From IMG/VR virus record IMGVR_UViG_3300027763_000037, positions 1-64,000 of that record: a DNA stretch of 64,000 bases. One strand, written 5' to 3'. The notes under the pieces are model-generated. The model saw only the letters and a program-made list of their open reading frames with translations. It made no database searches and was not told the origin of the DNA. This DNA is from a virus. Positions within the stretch are counted from its first letter, which is position 1. Every line of letters starts with the position of its first letter. Shown here piece after piece: positions 8,045 through 16,378 of the stretch. The position numbers and the translations under genes are program-made.

Positions 8045-8983
8045 ATGGCTGGAAAATATGACATAAAGTTAAATGATGATGCAAATATTTCTGATGTATT
8101 CTTTAATGAGTTCGATCTGACATGGATGCATGGTATGCCAAAAGACAAAAGAACGTTTACAAAACTTCCAATTGAAAATATTTTCAGGGGTGGAGATGAT
8201 GGATCCGTTATATACAACTACAATCAAGACGGATTTAGATCTGACGAGTTTTCTAATCAGCATGGCAAATATCATATTTTGTTTAGTGGCTGCTCACAGA
8301 CTGAGGGTGTCGGTGGATCTATAGAAACAGTATGGACAAACATTCTTCACAAAGAACTTAAAGATCGTGGACTTGATGTTGGTGGTTTTTATACTTTAGC
8401 AAGGTCTGGCTATGGATGGCAAAAAATTATTTCACAATTTATGCTATACACAAAAAAATACGGAATGCCAACACATTTCTTTGTACTTATGCCAAACATA
8501 GGAAGGTTCTACCTATGGTCTGAAGAAAGAAATAATTGGGTATATGTGCAAAGATACCCAGTAAATACTGACTATGATGCAATCAATGATTGGCGTAAAA
8601 AGCATGAATCTGAAGAAGTTCCTGAGCCTTCGAGGTTTGAAGAGCAAAAGTTGTCAGTTAAAGAACATAGAGAAAAGTTTTTAGATTTTGTTATAGGATG
8701 GAAACTTTTTTCAGAATACTGCAAAGCCAATAACGTTAAATTAGTTTGGTCTTCTTGGGACTATGCAGAATCAGATAACTATTCATTGATTAAAAGCAAT
8801 GAGTTCTTTCCGTTAAATGAAAGTAATGAGATCGAATCTTTCATATCAAAGAAAAGACCAGACCTAAAACTTGAAAAATATGACTTAATAAGAAGAGATG
8901 GGCACGATGGAGTTCTTTGGAATGAGTATTGGGCTGAAAAGTTTTTAGAAAAAATAGATGAAAGGGAGTTATTCAATGATTAA
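8045..8983 (+). CDS. SGNH/GDSL-like protein (paralogue 2)
   Basis: NQDGFRSDEF, ILFSGCSQTEG, C-terminal RDGHDG...N..WA. Confidence 0.7.
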   Translation: MAGKYDIKLNDDANISDVFFNEFDLTWMHGMPKDKRTFTKLPIENIFRGGDDGSVIYNYNQDGFRSDEFSNQHGKYHILFSGCSQTEGVGGSIETVWTNILHKELKDRGLDVGGFYTLARSGYGWQKIISQFMLYTKKYGMPTHFFVLMPNIGRFYLWSEERNNWVYVQRYPVNTDYDAINDWRKKHESEEVPEPSRFEEQKLSVKEHREKFLDFVIGWKLFSEYCKANNVKLVWSSWDYAESDNYSLIKSNEFFPLNESNEIESFISKKRPDLKLEKYDLIRRDGHDGVLWNEYWAEKFLEKIDERELFND

Positions 8984-9056
8984 AAAGATTAAGATGTGGT
9001 TCAGAATAAGAAAGATTAAAAAGCAGATCAATAGAAAAAGAGATTTTATTTATTAA
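8976..9056 (+). CDS. Lys/Arg-rich micropeptide ending -DFIY (26 aa)
   Basis: MIKKIKMWFRIRKIKKQINRKRDFIY*; SD-like AAGGGAG upstream; start overlaps the end of the SGNH gene. Confidence 0.65.
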   Translation: MIKKIKMWFRIRKIKKQINRKRDFIY

Positions 9057-9537
9057 TAAGTTGTATTTTTACTATGTACCTATGAGTTGTATATCTTGAT
9101 TCATCGACTTCATCTTTTTCTGAAATTAACTCAAACTCGTTTGTTTGAGGAAGGAAAATAAGCAAAGGTTCGTTCTCTTCTTTTAAAGAAGAAACAAGAA
9201 ATTCATCATTTGTTTGTACTATTACTATAGACTCAATATTTTTTTGTTCTTTTATATGGGACCAAAAAGCCATACACTTTGCTAAGCCAAACCACATATT
9301 GTTATTAATTTTTCTTGAATGTTTTTCAAACTCAGTAATTCCTTCATCATATGGACTTGGTTTATCTTCTGTTCTTAATATATAGATATGTCTAAACGGT
9401 TCTTCTGTCCATAAAAACCCTTCACTTTCAAATCCTTGTTGTAATATAATAAAAAACTTCTCTGGCTCTTCAAGTGCAAGCGGAAAAAAGTTTCTATTAA
9501 GATTTGATTGGGTTTGCTTTGTCATTTTTAATTTCAT
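9046..9537 (-). CDS. Hypothetical protein
   Basis: ORF track 163 aa. Confidence 0.55.
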   Translation of the reverse strand: MKLKMTKQTQSNLNRNFFPLALEEPEKFFIILQQGFESEGFLWTEEPFRHIYILRTEDKPSPYDEGITEFEKHSRKINNNMWFGLAKCMAFWSHIKEQKNIESIVIVQTNDEFLVSSLKEENEPLLIFLPQTNEFELISEKDEVDESRYTTHRYIVKIQLINK

Positions 9538-9640
9538 ATGGGCCTAAGTCTGCTTTAACAGTACCATCTTTTCTTAGTCTAACTATTCTTCCATTTTTAA
9601 TCTGTGTTGGATTGAACGCATGAGATTTCTTTTTTGGCAT
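9497..9640 (-). CDS. Small basic hypothetical protein (47 aa)
   Basis: MPKKKSHAFNPTQIKNGRIVRLRKDGTVKADLG...; TAATG coupling to the upstream gene. Confidence 0.55.
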   Translation of the reverse strand: MPKKKSHAFNPTQIKNGRIVRLRKDGTVKADLGPYEIKNDKANPIKS

Positions 9641-10188
9641 TACTTTGATATCCTAAATGGAGAGTCTATCCAACTATCTGATTTAGCAACTGGGATGCAG
9701 TTTGGTACTGGCTTTCCATCTGCACCAGGCTTCATGCCTCTTTGTACATAACCATCCCAGCAAGGTGCTTGTTTATTTACATTACCGCAGCAGTCTGATT
9801 TCATTTCCCCAGCCTGACACTGTGGGCATTCATCACAAGTAACGTTTAATTCTTTACACATTGGGCAACCACAGCCTTCATATGCTTTACCAATTGATGA
9901 GTCGTACATCGCCATAGCAACTTCTGAATCCATAGTGTGTGCTTCCATATCTATAACTTCAGCATCCTTATACATCATTCCAATACTATATGCAGTTGGT
10001 TTCCATGATCCGTTTTCTTCTTTGTAAACTCTAACAGCCATTGCTGGATTTTCTGGTGGCATTGACTGTATTGCGTACTCTGTTCCAGGAACTCCATACA
10101 CTCCACCTTCGCTCATAATATGCTCCACCATTCCATGAACCATGCCTTCTGATGTCATGCCCATTACAAAACTACCTTCAGTTATCAT
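9640..10188 (-). CDS. Met/Cys-rich hypothetical protein with CWDGY...VPNC motif
   Basis: Start reassigned to ATG 10188, 6 nt after TGGTATACT; Cys cluster CGCPMC...CDECPQC. Confidence 0.7.
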   Translation of the reverse strand: MITEGSFVMGMTSEGMVHGMVEHIMSEGGVYGVPGTEYAIQSMPPENPAMAVRVYKEENGSWKPTAYSIGMMYKDAEVIDMEAHTMDSEVAMAMYDSSIGKAYEGCGCPMCKELNVTCDECPQCQAGEMKSDCCGNVNKQAPCWDGYVQRGMKPGADGKPVPNCIPVAKSDSWIDSPFRISK

Positions 10189-10223
10189 TTTACAAGTATA
10201 CCATATTATGCTATAATTAATAA

Positions 10224-10273
10224 GCCTGCCCAAACGGGGGGCAAATTAACTTATTCGCTTGAAAGGGGAATAA
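10224..10273 (+). promoter_or_regulatory. ROSE-like RNA thermometer leader of hsp20
   Basis: Promoter TGCTATAAT 10209-10217; hairpin 10224-10242; hairpin TTATTCGCTT-GAA-AGGGGAATAA pairs UCGCU with the SD. Confidence 0.55.
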
Positions 10274-10274
10274 T

Positions 10275-10679
10275 ATGGTAGTAGAAACAATGCTGGGTCT
10301 TTTAGATGACCCATTCTTTAATCGATTCAATCAAACAGTTAGAACAACAAATAACAACTATCCACCTTATAATGTAATTAGGGTTGGAGAAGATCTGTTT
10401 ATTTTGGAGTTTGCTCTAGCAGGTTTTGATAAGAGCGAGGTATCAATCATAGTAGAAAATAATCAACTAAAGGTCACTGGACAGAGGTCTGAGGTTGAGG
10501 AGGATGACTCTGTAGTATTTTTACATAAGGGTATTGCAGCAAGAAAGTTCTCAACAGTATTTAACTTGCCAGAATATATGGAAGTTGGATCAGCCCTATT
10601 CTCGAACGGTATCCTAGAGGTAACTCTAGAAAAGCATGTACCTGAAGAGAAGAAGCCTAAAACTATTGAAATTCAGTAG
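10275..10679 (+). CDS. hsp20: Small heat-shock protein Hsp20 (IbpA-like)
   Basis: YPPYNV, LEFALAGF, FLHKGIAARKF...F.L, A...NGIL. Confidence 0.95.
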   Translation: MVVETMLGLLDDPFFNRFNQTVRTTNNNYPPYNVIRVGEDLFILEFALAGFDKSEVSIIVENNQLKVTGQRSEVEEDDSVVFLHKGIAARKFSTVFNLPEYMEVGSALFSNGILEVTLEKHVPEEKKPKTIEIQ

Positions 10680-10690
10680 TATAATGTAAA

Positions 10691-10800
10691 CATTCCGCTT
10701 AAGACTTTAATAGGTTTTACAACGGATGGTCGATGAAAAGACAGTTAGCAGGCTGAAACCCGTGGCTAATAGACCTGAGCAGTAGTCTATAAACTGCTCA
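10691..10800 (+). ncRNA. Putative structured small RNA with 3' H-type pseudoknot
   Basis: Own -10 (TATAAT 10680-10685); three hairpins, then ATAGAC/GTCTAT plus TGAGCAGT/ACTGCTCA interleaved stems; the next gene has a separate promoter at 10805. Confidence 0.55.
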
Positions 10801-10837
10801 TTTATGGTATAATTTAGTTAACGAAAGGCTATACAAA

Positions 10838-11557
10838 ATGGATCAAGGAAAATTAGCAGACAAAGAAAATAGTGTAACGTCAAGCAGAAAAGGCAATAAG
10901 TTTAAGTATGAAAGCCCTTTTCCAGGAATGCATATCTATAATGATGTGTGGCCCGACTCAATGGATTTCTTTAGGAAAGTTGAAGAAGATACATTTTGGG
11001 AAAATAATGATAGAAATAAAGTTAAATGGCAAAGAGAGGACTATCTTGATGCTGAGGTAGGCAAAAAAGCCTACACATGTTGGGTATGGCATGATGAAGA
11101 TGTTCAAAAAAATCTTGAAGAAGTTATAGATTCTTATCTTTGGCATTGGGACCTTGATCCACATAGTCGTGAGTCTTTGAGAATCACAAAGTATTCTCCA
11201 ACTGGAGAGTTTTTTGGTATGCATCCTGATGACTCTTTTGCTACACCAAGAACTACTGCTTTAGTGTATTACCCAAACGATGACTATGAAGGTGGAGAAC
11301 TTGAATTTTTACATTTTGGTGTTAAGATAAAGCCAAAGGCTGGGCAGTTATTTTTATTTCCTGCTGCCTATAGTTATGAGCATAAAATTCATCCTGTTAC
11401 TGGTGGAAATCATAGATATACTCTCGTTACCTTTTTTAATCAAGGAACAGAGAAAGAAAGACAAACAAGAAGCAACATGATAAGTAAAAATAAATTTTAT
11501 ACTGCAAACCTTAAATATGTTCTTTCTCCAGAATTTGGAACTGTTGAAGAAAACTAA
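10838..11557 (+). CDS. 2OG-Fe(II) oxygenase, prolyl-4-hydroxylase-like
   Basis: HPD, YYPNDDYEGGELEF, distal H, RYT. Confidence 0.85.
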   Translation: MDQGKLADKENSVTSSRKGNKFKYESPFPGMHIYNDVWPDSMDFFRKVEEDTFWENNDRNKVKWQREDYLDAEVGKKAYTCWVWHDEDVQKNLEEVIDSYLWHWDLDPHSRESLRITKYSPTGEFFGMHPDDSFATPRTTALVYYPNDDYEGGELEFLHFGVKIKPKAGQLFLFPAAYSYEHKIHPVTGGNHRYTLVTFFNQGTEKERQTRSNMISKNKFYTANLKYVLSPEFGTVEEN

Positions 11558-11596
11558 AAAGAGGGCAGAAATTAATCTGCCCCCTAAATAGTTTTA
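11556..11596. terminator. Bidirectional intrinsic terminator
   Basis: GGGCAGA-loop-TCTGCCC hairpin flanked by A and T runs between convergent genes. Confidence 0.7.
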
Positions 11597-11866
11597 TTAC
11601 TTCTTTGCTGCTGACTTCTTTGCAGGAGCCTTCTTAACTACCTTTGCAGTCTTAACTGCTCTCTCTACTTCTTCAACAGATGGCAACTTGCCAAATGCCG
11701 AATCGTTAGGGTTGACTGCTCTCAATGCCACGGGCACAATGGCTCCAAGCAATGAGTAAGCAAGTGTCTTTGGATCTGTTACGCCTGAAGCGTATAGTGC
11801 AATTGCAGCGCCAAGGACTGATCGTCCGTAAGATGCAAGCATTGCCTTTAGTTGTGTTGTATTCAT
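11597..11866 (-). CDS. Small membrane protein, holin-like
   Basis: Two hydrophobic segments, NP.D.AFG motif, basic KKAPAKK tail. Confidence 0.6.
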   Translation of the reverse strand: MNTTQLKAMLASYGRSVLGAAIALYASGVTDPKTLAYSLLGAIVPVALRAVNPNDSAFGKLPSVEEVERAVKTAKVVKKAPAKKSAAKK

Positions 11867-11876
11867 TTTATTCCTC

Positions 11877-12035
11877 CTAGGATATGAATTTAGTTAGTAC
11901 TGTAAAACCAATCCATAAACCAATAATTCCTGCGACTCCCGCAAAAACTGGTGGTGCTGGGACTGGCAATTTGAATGCAGCAAATACTACACCACATCCA
12001 AAACCTGTTAGTATTGATAAGAAAACATCTTTCAT
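11877..12035 (-). CDS. XapX/DUF1427-like small membrane protein
   Basis: LPVPAPP..AG..GI.G...G; this minus frame is missing from the ORF track. Confidence 0.75.
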   Translation of the reverse strand: MKDVFLSILTGFGCGVVFAAFKLPVPAPPVFAGVAGIIGLWIGFTVLTKFIS

Positions 12036-12192
12036 TGATAATCCTTTTCCGTTAATTCTTTGTGGTGATCAAAGCATACATCTATGATGTTTGACTGTGT
12101 TGCATATATCTTTGCTGCTTCCAGTTCACAACCCAAAACATGACAGGAATAGAAAGCATCATAGGCTAGGTCTTCTCGTGACTTGAATCTTA

Positions 12193-12600
12193 TCATGTGT
12201 CTATTTTACCATAGTCCTCTGGTATCAAACCCTTTATTTTTTTATACCCAGCAATCAATCTTTCTGTGACATCATCAGATATAACTGGTGGACGGTATGT
12301 CTCCAAGTATTCTATGTCTGGCCCAACAATAGTTATAAAACTACTTATTTCTTCTTGCACTGATTCTATATAGGCATAGGCCCAATCTCTTGAGTCTGAA
12401 ACAAATTTTAAAAAACCATCATTTTGTTCTATTTTTTCAGACTCTTGAGAAATTCCTTTTTCTAATATAATATTATAATTAACAAAAGATTTTAGTAGGT
12501 CTTCTGTAAGTCTCATATTAGCAAATCGTAAACTTATATTATTAAGCATTAAAGAAAAAAATGATACAGATACAATTGAAAAAATTATAAACTTTAACAT
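12193..12600 (-). CDS. Hypothetical membrane-anchored protein
   Basis: N-terminal TM; FLKFVSDSRDWAY. Confidence 0.65.
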   Translation of the reverse strand: MLKFIIFSIVSVSFFSLMLNNISLRFANMRLTEDLLKSFVNYNIILEKGISQESEKIEQNDGFLKFVSDSRDWAYAYIESVQEEISSFITIVGPDIEYLETYRPPVISDDVTERLIAGYKKIKGLIPEDYGKIDT

Positions 12601-12830
12601 TACTTCATTACCTCTCTGACTAATAATACAATTGCTCCATTGTCTTCAAGTGCTTTCTTAACTTTAACCATGTACTCTACTGCTGTTCTTTTATCTGCGT
12701 CAGGTAGTCTAAAGAATTCAACTTCGTCTGCCTGAACAGCAATATAGTGTTCATGGTCAACAATTTTTAATTTAAAATCAATTGGACATGTAACAGATCT
12801 AAATGCACGTTTCATTTCATTTGTATACAT
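12600..12830 (-). CDS. Hypothetical protein
   Basis: ORF track; translational coupling. Confidence 0.65.
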   Translation of the reverse strand: MYTNEMKRAFRSVTCPIDFKLKIVDHEHYIAVQADEVEFFRLPDADKRTAVEYMVKVKKALEDNGAIVLLVREVMK

Positions 12831-13459
12831 TATTCTTTAACTCCAAAATTTCCCCACTTAGAATATCTTATCACACGATACTCTTCAATATCTGGTAATA
12901 TTGTTAAATGATCCCATGAATGTTTTGGAAGAGCCTTTGCTTTATCAATTGCCTCTTCTTTTGTTTTTGCTGCTACATCTACAGAGTACTCATCAATACA
13001 TTGTGCAGTTACAGTAAATATTTTTTCTCCTTCAGATAAAATAATATTTTTTTTAGAGAAACCAAATAAATACTCTTTTGTAAGCCCTTTATGATTACTT
13101 AAAATTCTATGATTTCTGTCATTTGGAAATATAATAAAATCCCCTGGAAAAATATCAACTGGCCCATTGGAAAAATCTACCATGGCTTTTGAGCCATCTG
13201 GACCATAATACACAACACACTTAACATTACTATCTGGATTATCAGATGCTGTTTGTGCCAACGTTAGGCTATTAGGATTTGCATATTTTGCATTTGCCGA
13301 TCCAAATATAATTCCACTATGAACTAAGAACAGCATGTCTAAATCTTCAGGATTTATCTTATCTAAATCATAGCCATGTTGGCTTGGCAATACGCCAACG
13401 CAATGTATAACTGCTCCACTGTTTAGTTTGTCGTTAGTCCAGCCCATAACTCTCCCCAA
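12830..13459 (-). CDS. Hypothetical protein, possibly degenerate DSBH/2OG-like fold
   Basis: VVYY...PGDFIIFP....H pattern but no clear HxD. Confidence 0.5.
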   Translation of the reverse strand: MGRVMGWTNDKLNSGAVIHCVGVLPSQHGYDLDKINPEDLDMLFLVHSGIIFGSANAKYANPNSLTLAQTASDNPDSNVKCVVYYGPDGSKAMVDFSNGPVDIFPGDFIIFPNDRNHRILSNHKGLTKEYLFGFSKKNIILSEGEKIFTVTAQCIDEYSVDVAAKTKEEAIDKAKALPKHSWDHLTILPDIEEYRVIRYSKWGNFGVKE

Positions 13460-13704
13460 CTCTTTTTATCTTTATGGTTATTAAATTCACGTGATATCTT
13501 ACCTTCTTCAAGGAATACTCCACCCCAAAGACCGTACTCTTTACCACCAATTCCTGCAGCAAAACATTCTCTCCTAACAGGACAAGCAAAGCATATTTTG
13601 TCTACTGCAGGTCTAAGAACAACATCCTCTTCATATTTGTCAAAGAATATGTTTGTATCATAATCAAGACATGCAGCATCATCTTTCCAATAAAACTTTG
13701 GCAT
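13423..13704 (-). CDS. whiB: WhiB-family Fe-S transcription factor
   Basis: W...AAC, C..CPV...C, YGLWGG. Confidence 0.92.
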   Translation of the reverse strand: MPKFYWKDDAACLDYDTNIFFDKYEEDVVLRPAVDKICFACPVRRECFAAGIGGKEYGLWGGVFLEEGKISREFNNHKDKKSWGELWAGLTTN

Positions 13705-13707
13705 ATT

Positions 13708-13917
13708 TTACCTCACATACTTGTCAGGTATATCCCATCCATTTTCTGAAACGCTAAAGACTTTTTTAAGATTCCACTTATCATTCTGATAAGCGCCAAA
13801 CTTTGATGTTGCTCCTTTTTCTGAAGGATATAGTTCAACTACATTCCATCCATCCCATGACAAGACTTTGTTTTTATTTACAATGTCTTCCATTTTTTCT
13901 AATGATTTTATATTCAT
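13708..13917 (-). CDS. Hypothetical protein
   Basis: ORF track; LSWDGW. Confidence 0.65.
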   Translation of the reverse strand: MNIKSLEKMEDIVNKNKVLSWDGWNVVELYPSEKGATSKFGAYQNDKWNLKKVFSVSENGWDIPDKYVR

Positions 13918-15047
13918 TTCTTACTCCATCCTTTAGGACATACAGGACTATAACCATATATAGTTCTCTGATACTTTCCTTTAGTACATACAATCTTAAC
14001 ACGTTTCTGTGTAGTTTGCAATACAGGTTTTACATTTACAACTTCTGGTACTACAATTAAATCTGGCTTTGCTGAAGGTGTTGGCGTTGGAGTTACCACA
14101 ATAACAGGTTTTTGCTCAAATAAAATTTTTTGAGATAAATACTTTTCTGCATCACTAAAAATATTTTGATGTCCAGCAATAGTAAAATATGTTGCACCAA
14201 CAACACTGAGTTCAAATGGATCTGTCCATCTTGGTGAAGAAGGGTCCACATTGCCTGCTACAGGCCCTTGTGCAGCCCCTGCAGCCCCTACGTAGACCCA
14301 CTCTGTGCCAATCTTTATCCATAGTGGAGACCCAGAGTCTCCGCCACCGTGAAAGACTCCTCTTAGTAGAACTGTTTGAACAAGTCCATAGGGATTATCT
14401 TTTGACCATTGCTCTACCTTTTTACCTGCACAACAAAAATTAGTTCTTGTTACCGCTTCTGATTTTGTTGGTTTACCGTCAAATCCTTTACCATTCTTGG
14501 CATTTTGCCAGTCTTGTTCACTCTTAATTCCATATGCAATTGAAAGTACAGGGGTTGATACACTTTTCATCAAAAGAATTTCTTCTTTGGTTGCAAATCT
14601 AAATGACTTATTACTAAGTTCTTTATCCAAAATCAATATTGCAACATCACTCATTCCAGCATTACAGTCAGTACCCTCACACATAGAATCTGTATACGAT
14701 TCTGGTACAAACTGAGCAATAACTTTGGCTTTGTTTGAAGTTCCACCAAATGGAATATCTACCCCTGGCGCTGATACATAGAGGTCTGAGTTTGAAGGAA
14801 GTTCTCCATAGAAATGTTTTTGCTTGGAGTAGACTCCACCATCAATTCTTAGTACACAATGACCAGAAGTAGCAACAATTCTTGGTGCAATCAGTGCGCC
14901 TGAGCAGTGTCGCTGATTATTCTGTCCAAGGATGATCCCGACTACTTTGTCATCTCCTAAAGCATCCTGACCATTCTGCATGGCATAAGCATTTGGCAAT
15001 ATAGTAAAAGAAAATGCAACGACTAATCCTAAAATAATTTTTTTCAT
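13914..15047 (-). CDS. Secreted trypsin-like serine protease
   Basis: Signal peptide; CSGALI..R.V.TSGHC, SDVAIL, GDSGSP triad; PT linker; C-terminal KIVCTKGK...CPKGW. Confidence 0.9.
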   Translation of the reverse strand: MKKIILGLVVAFSFTILPNAYAMQNGQDALGDDKVVGIILGQNNQRHCSGALIAPRIVATSGHCVLRIDGGVYSKQKHFYGELPSNSDLYVSAPGVDIPFGGTSNKAKVIAQFVPESYTDSMCEGTDCNAGMSDVAILILDKELSNKSFRFATKEEILLMKSVSTPVLSIAYGIKSEQDWQNAKNGKGFDGKPTKSEAVTRTNFCCAGKKVEQWSKDNPYGLVQTVLLRGVFHGGGDSGSPLWIKIGTEWVYVGAAGAAQGPVAGNVDPSSPRWTDPFELSVVGATYFTIAGHQNIFSDAEKYLSQKILFEQKPVIVVTPTPTPSAKPDLIVVPEVVNVKPVLQTTQKRVKIVCTKGKYQRTIYGYSPVCPKGWSKK

Positions 15048-15058
15048 ATCTACCTTAA

Positions 15059-15421
15059 TTAATAACTAAATAAATCAGACTCAATATTTTTGAGTTTTGC
15101 TGTTGTTAAAAGTTTTGGTGCTGGTTCAGATCCAGAAGAAAGGAAAGCGCAGTAGTCTACTTGCTCTATGTTTTCTTCTATCCAAGATGGTGCAACTTTA
15201 AAAAATTTAATCTTTCTTTTTCTTGCTTTCATTCCACGCTCTGATAGGTTAACAAACTCAGAAACCATATCGTTTACTTTTCCAGGCCCAGCAGAGTAGA
15301 TGTAAAACTCTCTATCTGTGTCTGGTAAATTTGACATAGCAACTGCCATTGAACGTAAGAATACCTGATAGTCATGAAACGTATTAGTTCCTTGGACCGC
15401 CACTATCATCTGTTTTCCCAT
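15059..15421 (-). CDS. Hypothetical protein (possible SLOG/YspA-like fold)
   Basis: IVAVQGTNTF.DY pattern. Confidence 0.6.
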   Translation of the reverse strand: MGKQMIVAVQGTNTFHDYQVFLRSMAVAMSNLPDTDREFYIYSAGPGKVNDMVSEFVNLSERGMKARKRKIKFFKVAPSWIEENIEQVDYCAFLSSGSEPAPKLLTTAKLKNIESDLFSY

Positions 15422-15803
15422 CTCTTAATTTGTCCATTATGAACAACATCTTATCTAATTGTACCTTATTCATACTCATGGTGTCAACTATCTTTGCTGA
15501 CTCACGATCTATGTTTGCCCCGTTTATATCAGCAACATAAAAAGCGCCATCTCTAATAAAATAAGCCTTGTTTTCTAATATGATTACTTTTATATTTGTT
15601 CTTTCTTCATGAATACTGGACTGAGTAGGCTTTCTTTTTTTAAAAATATCATGTGCTGGAAGAAGTGGTTTTACTATTGAATAGATATGTGATTGACTAT
15701 ATCTAAAAGGATTACTTCTCTTACCAACATGTCTATCTTTAACCATCTGAGTAGTTAAAAACATGAGAATAAATGTAGTAATTGATCCAATAAAATATTC
15801 CAT
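15384..15803 (-). CDS. Hypothetical protein with N-terminal TM
   Basis: ORF track. Confidence 0.65.
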   Translation of the reverse strand: MEYFIGSITTFILMFLTTQMVKDRHVGKRSNPFRYSQSHIYSIVKPLLPAHDIFKKRKPTQSSIHEERTNIKVIILENKAYFIRDGAFYVADINGANIDRESAKIVDTMSMNKVQLDKMLFIMDKLRDGKTDDSGGPRN

Positions 15804-15815
15804 TATTCTCCCAAA

Positions 15816-16157
15816 TTATTCTTTATCTAAGGCAAAGATTCTTATTAATTCTTTTAATGTGTACTGTCTATCTTTACTTAACTTTGCAATAGCATTTTGA
15901 TCTAAGGCTTTTTGAGTTAGTCTTATAATAGGATTTTTTTCTGTAACATCCATCTCCAAAAAACCTTCTTCCCAAAGAGCCATAGTCTCTTGTGAAAAAT
16001 ATGTAGAAATTTCTGTGTGTAGTTCTGGACTAACATCAATAAGTTTCTCTGTAAAATTATACAGAGGCTCTCCAGTTTCCATATCTATACCAGCAACCTC
16101 TAAGGCTCCATTGAGAATTAGTTGCTCAATAGCATCATCTTCATCTTTAAAGTTCAC
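15816..16157 (-). CDS. Hypothetical protein (paralogue of the adjacent gene)
   Basis: LIL.GA.E..GID..TGE.LY..T.KL shared with 16154..16378. Confidence 0.65.
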   Translation of the reverse strand: MNFKDEDDAIEQLILNGALEVAGIDMETGEPLYNFTEKLIDVSPELHTEISTYFSQETMALWEEGFLEMDVTEKNPIIRLTQKALDQNAIAKLSKDRQYTLKELIRIFALDKE

Positions 16158-16378
16158 GCTCTAAGTCTCCAAGTCATTCGTGTTGGCCCTTGATCTATAA
16201 GTTTAAACATATGATGTTCATACTGATCTTTTAATTGTTCATATACACCAGGACTTACCTCTTTTAACTTATCGGTTATTGTGTACAACATTTCTCCAGT
16301 TTGCTCATCTATGCCCTGAAACTCTACGGCACCTTGAAGAAGCAAATGCTCAAGCATTGCATCTGTTTGTAAACTCAT
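16154..16378 (-). CDS. Hypothetical protein (paralogue of the adjacent gene)
   Basis: Same motif as above. Confidence 0.65.
   Translation of the reverse strand: MSLQTDAMLEHLLLQGAVEFQGIDEQTGEMLYTITDKLKEVSPGVYEQLKDQYEHHMFKLIDQGPTRMTWRLRA

Noticed and set aside
10728-10760. Hammerhead ribozyme (CGATGA...GAAAC)
   Set aside because: The core reads TCGATGA rather than CTGANGA and the required three-stem junction cannot be built
11884-12087. Plus-strand 67-aa ORF
   Set aside because: It is antisense to a recognisable XapX-like gene (11877..12035)
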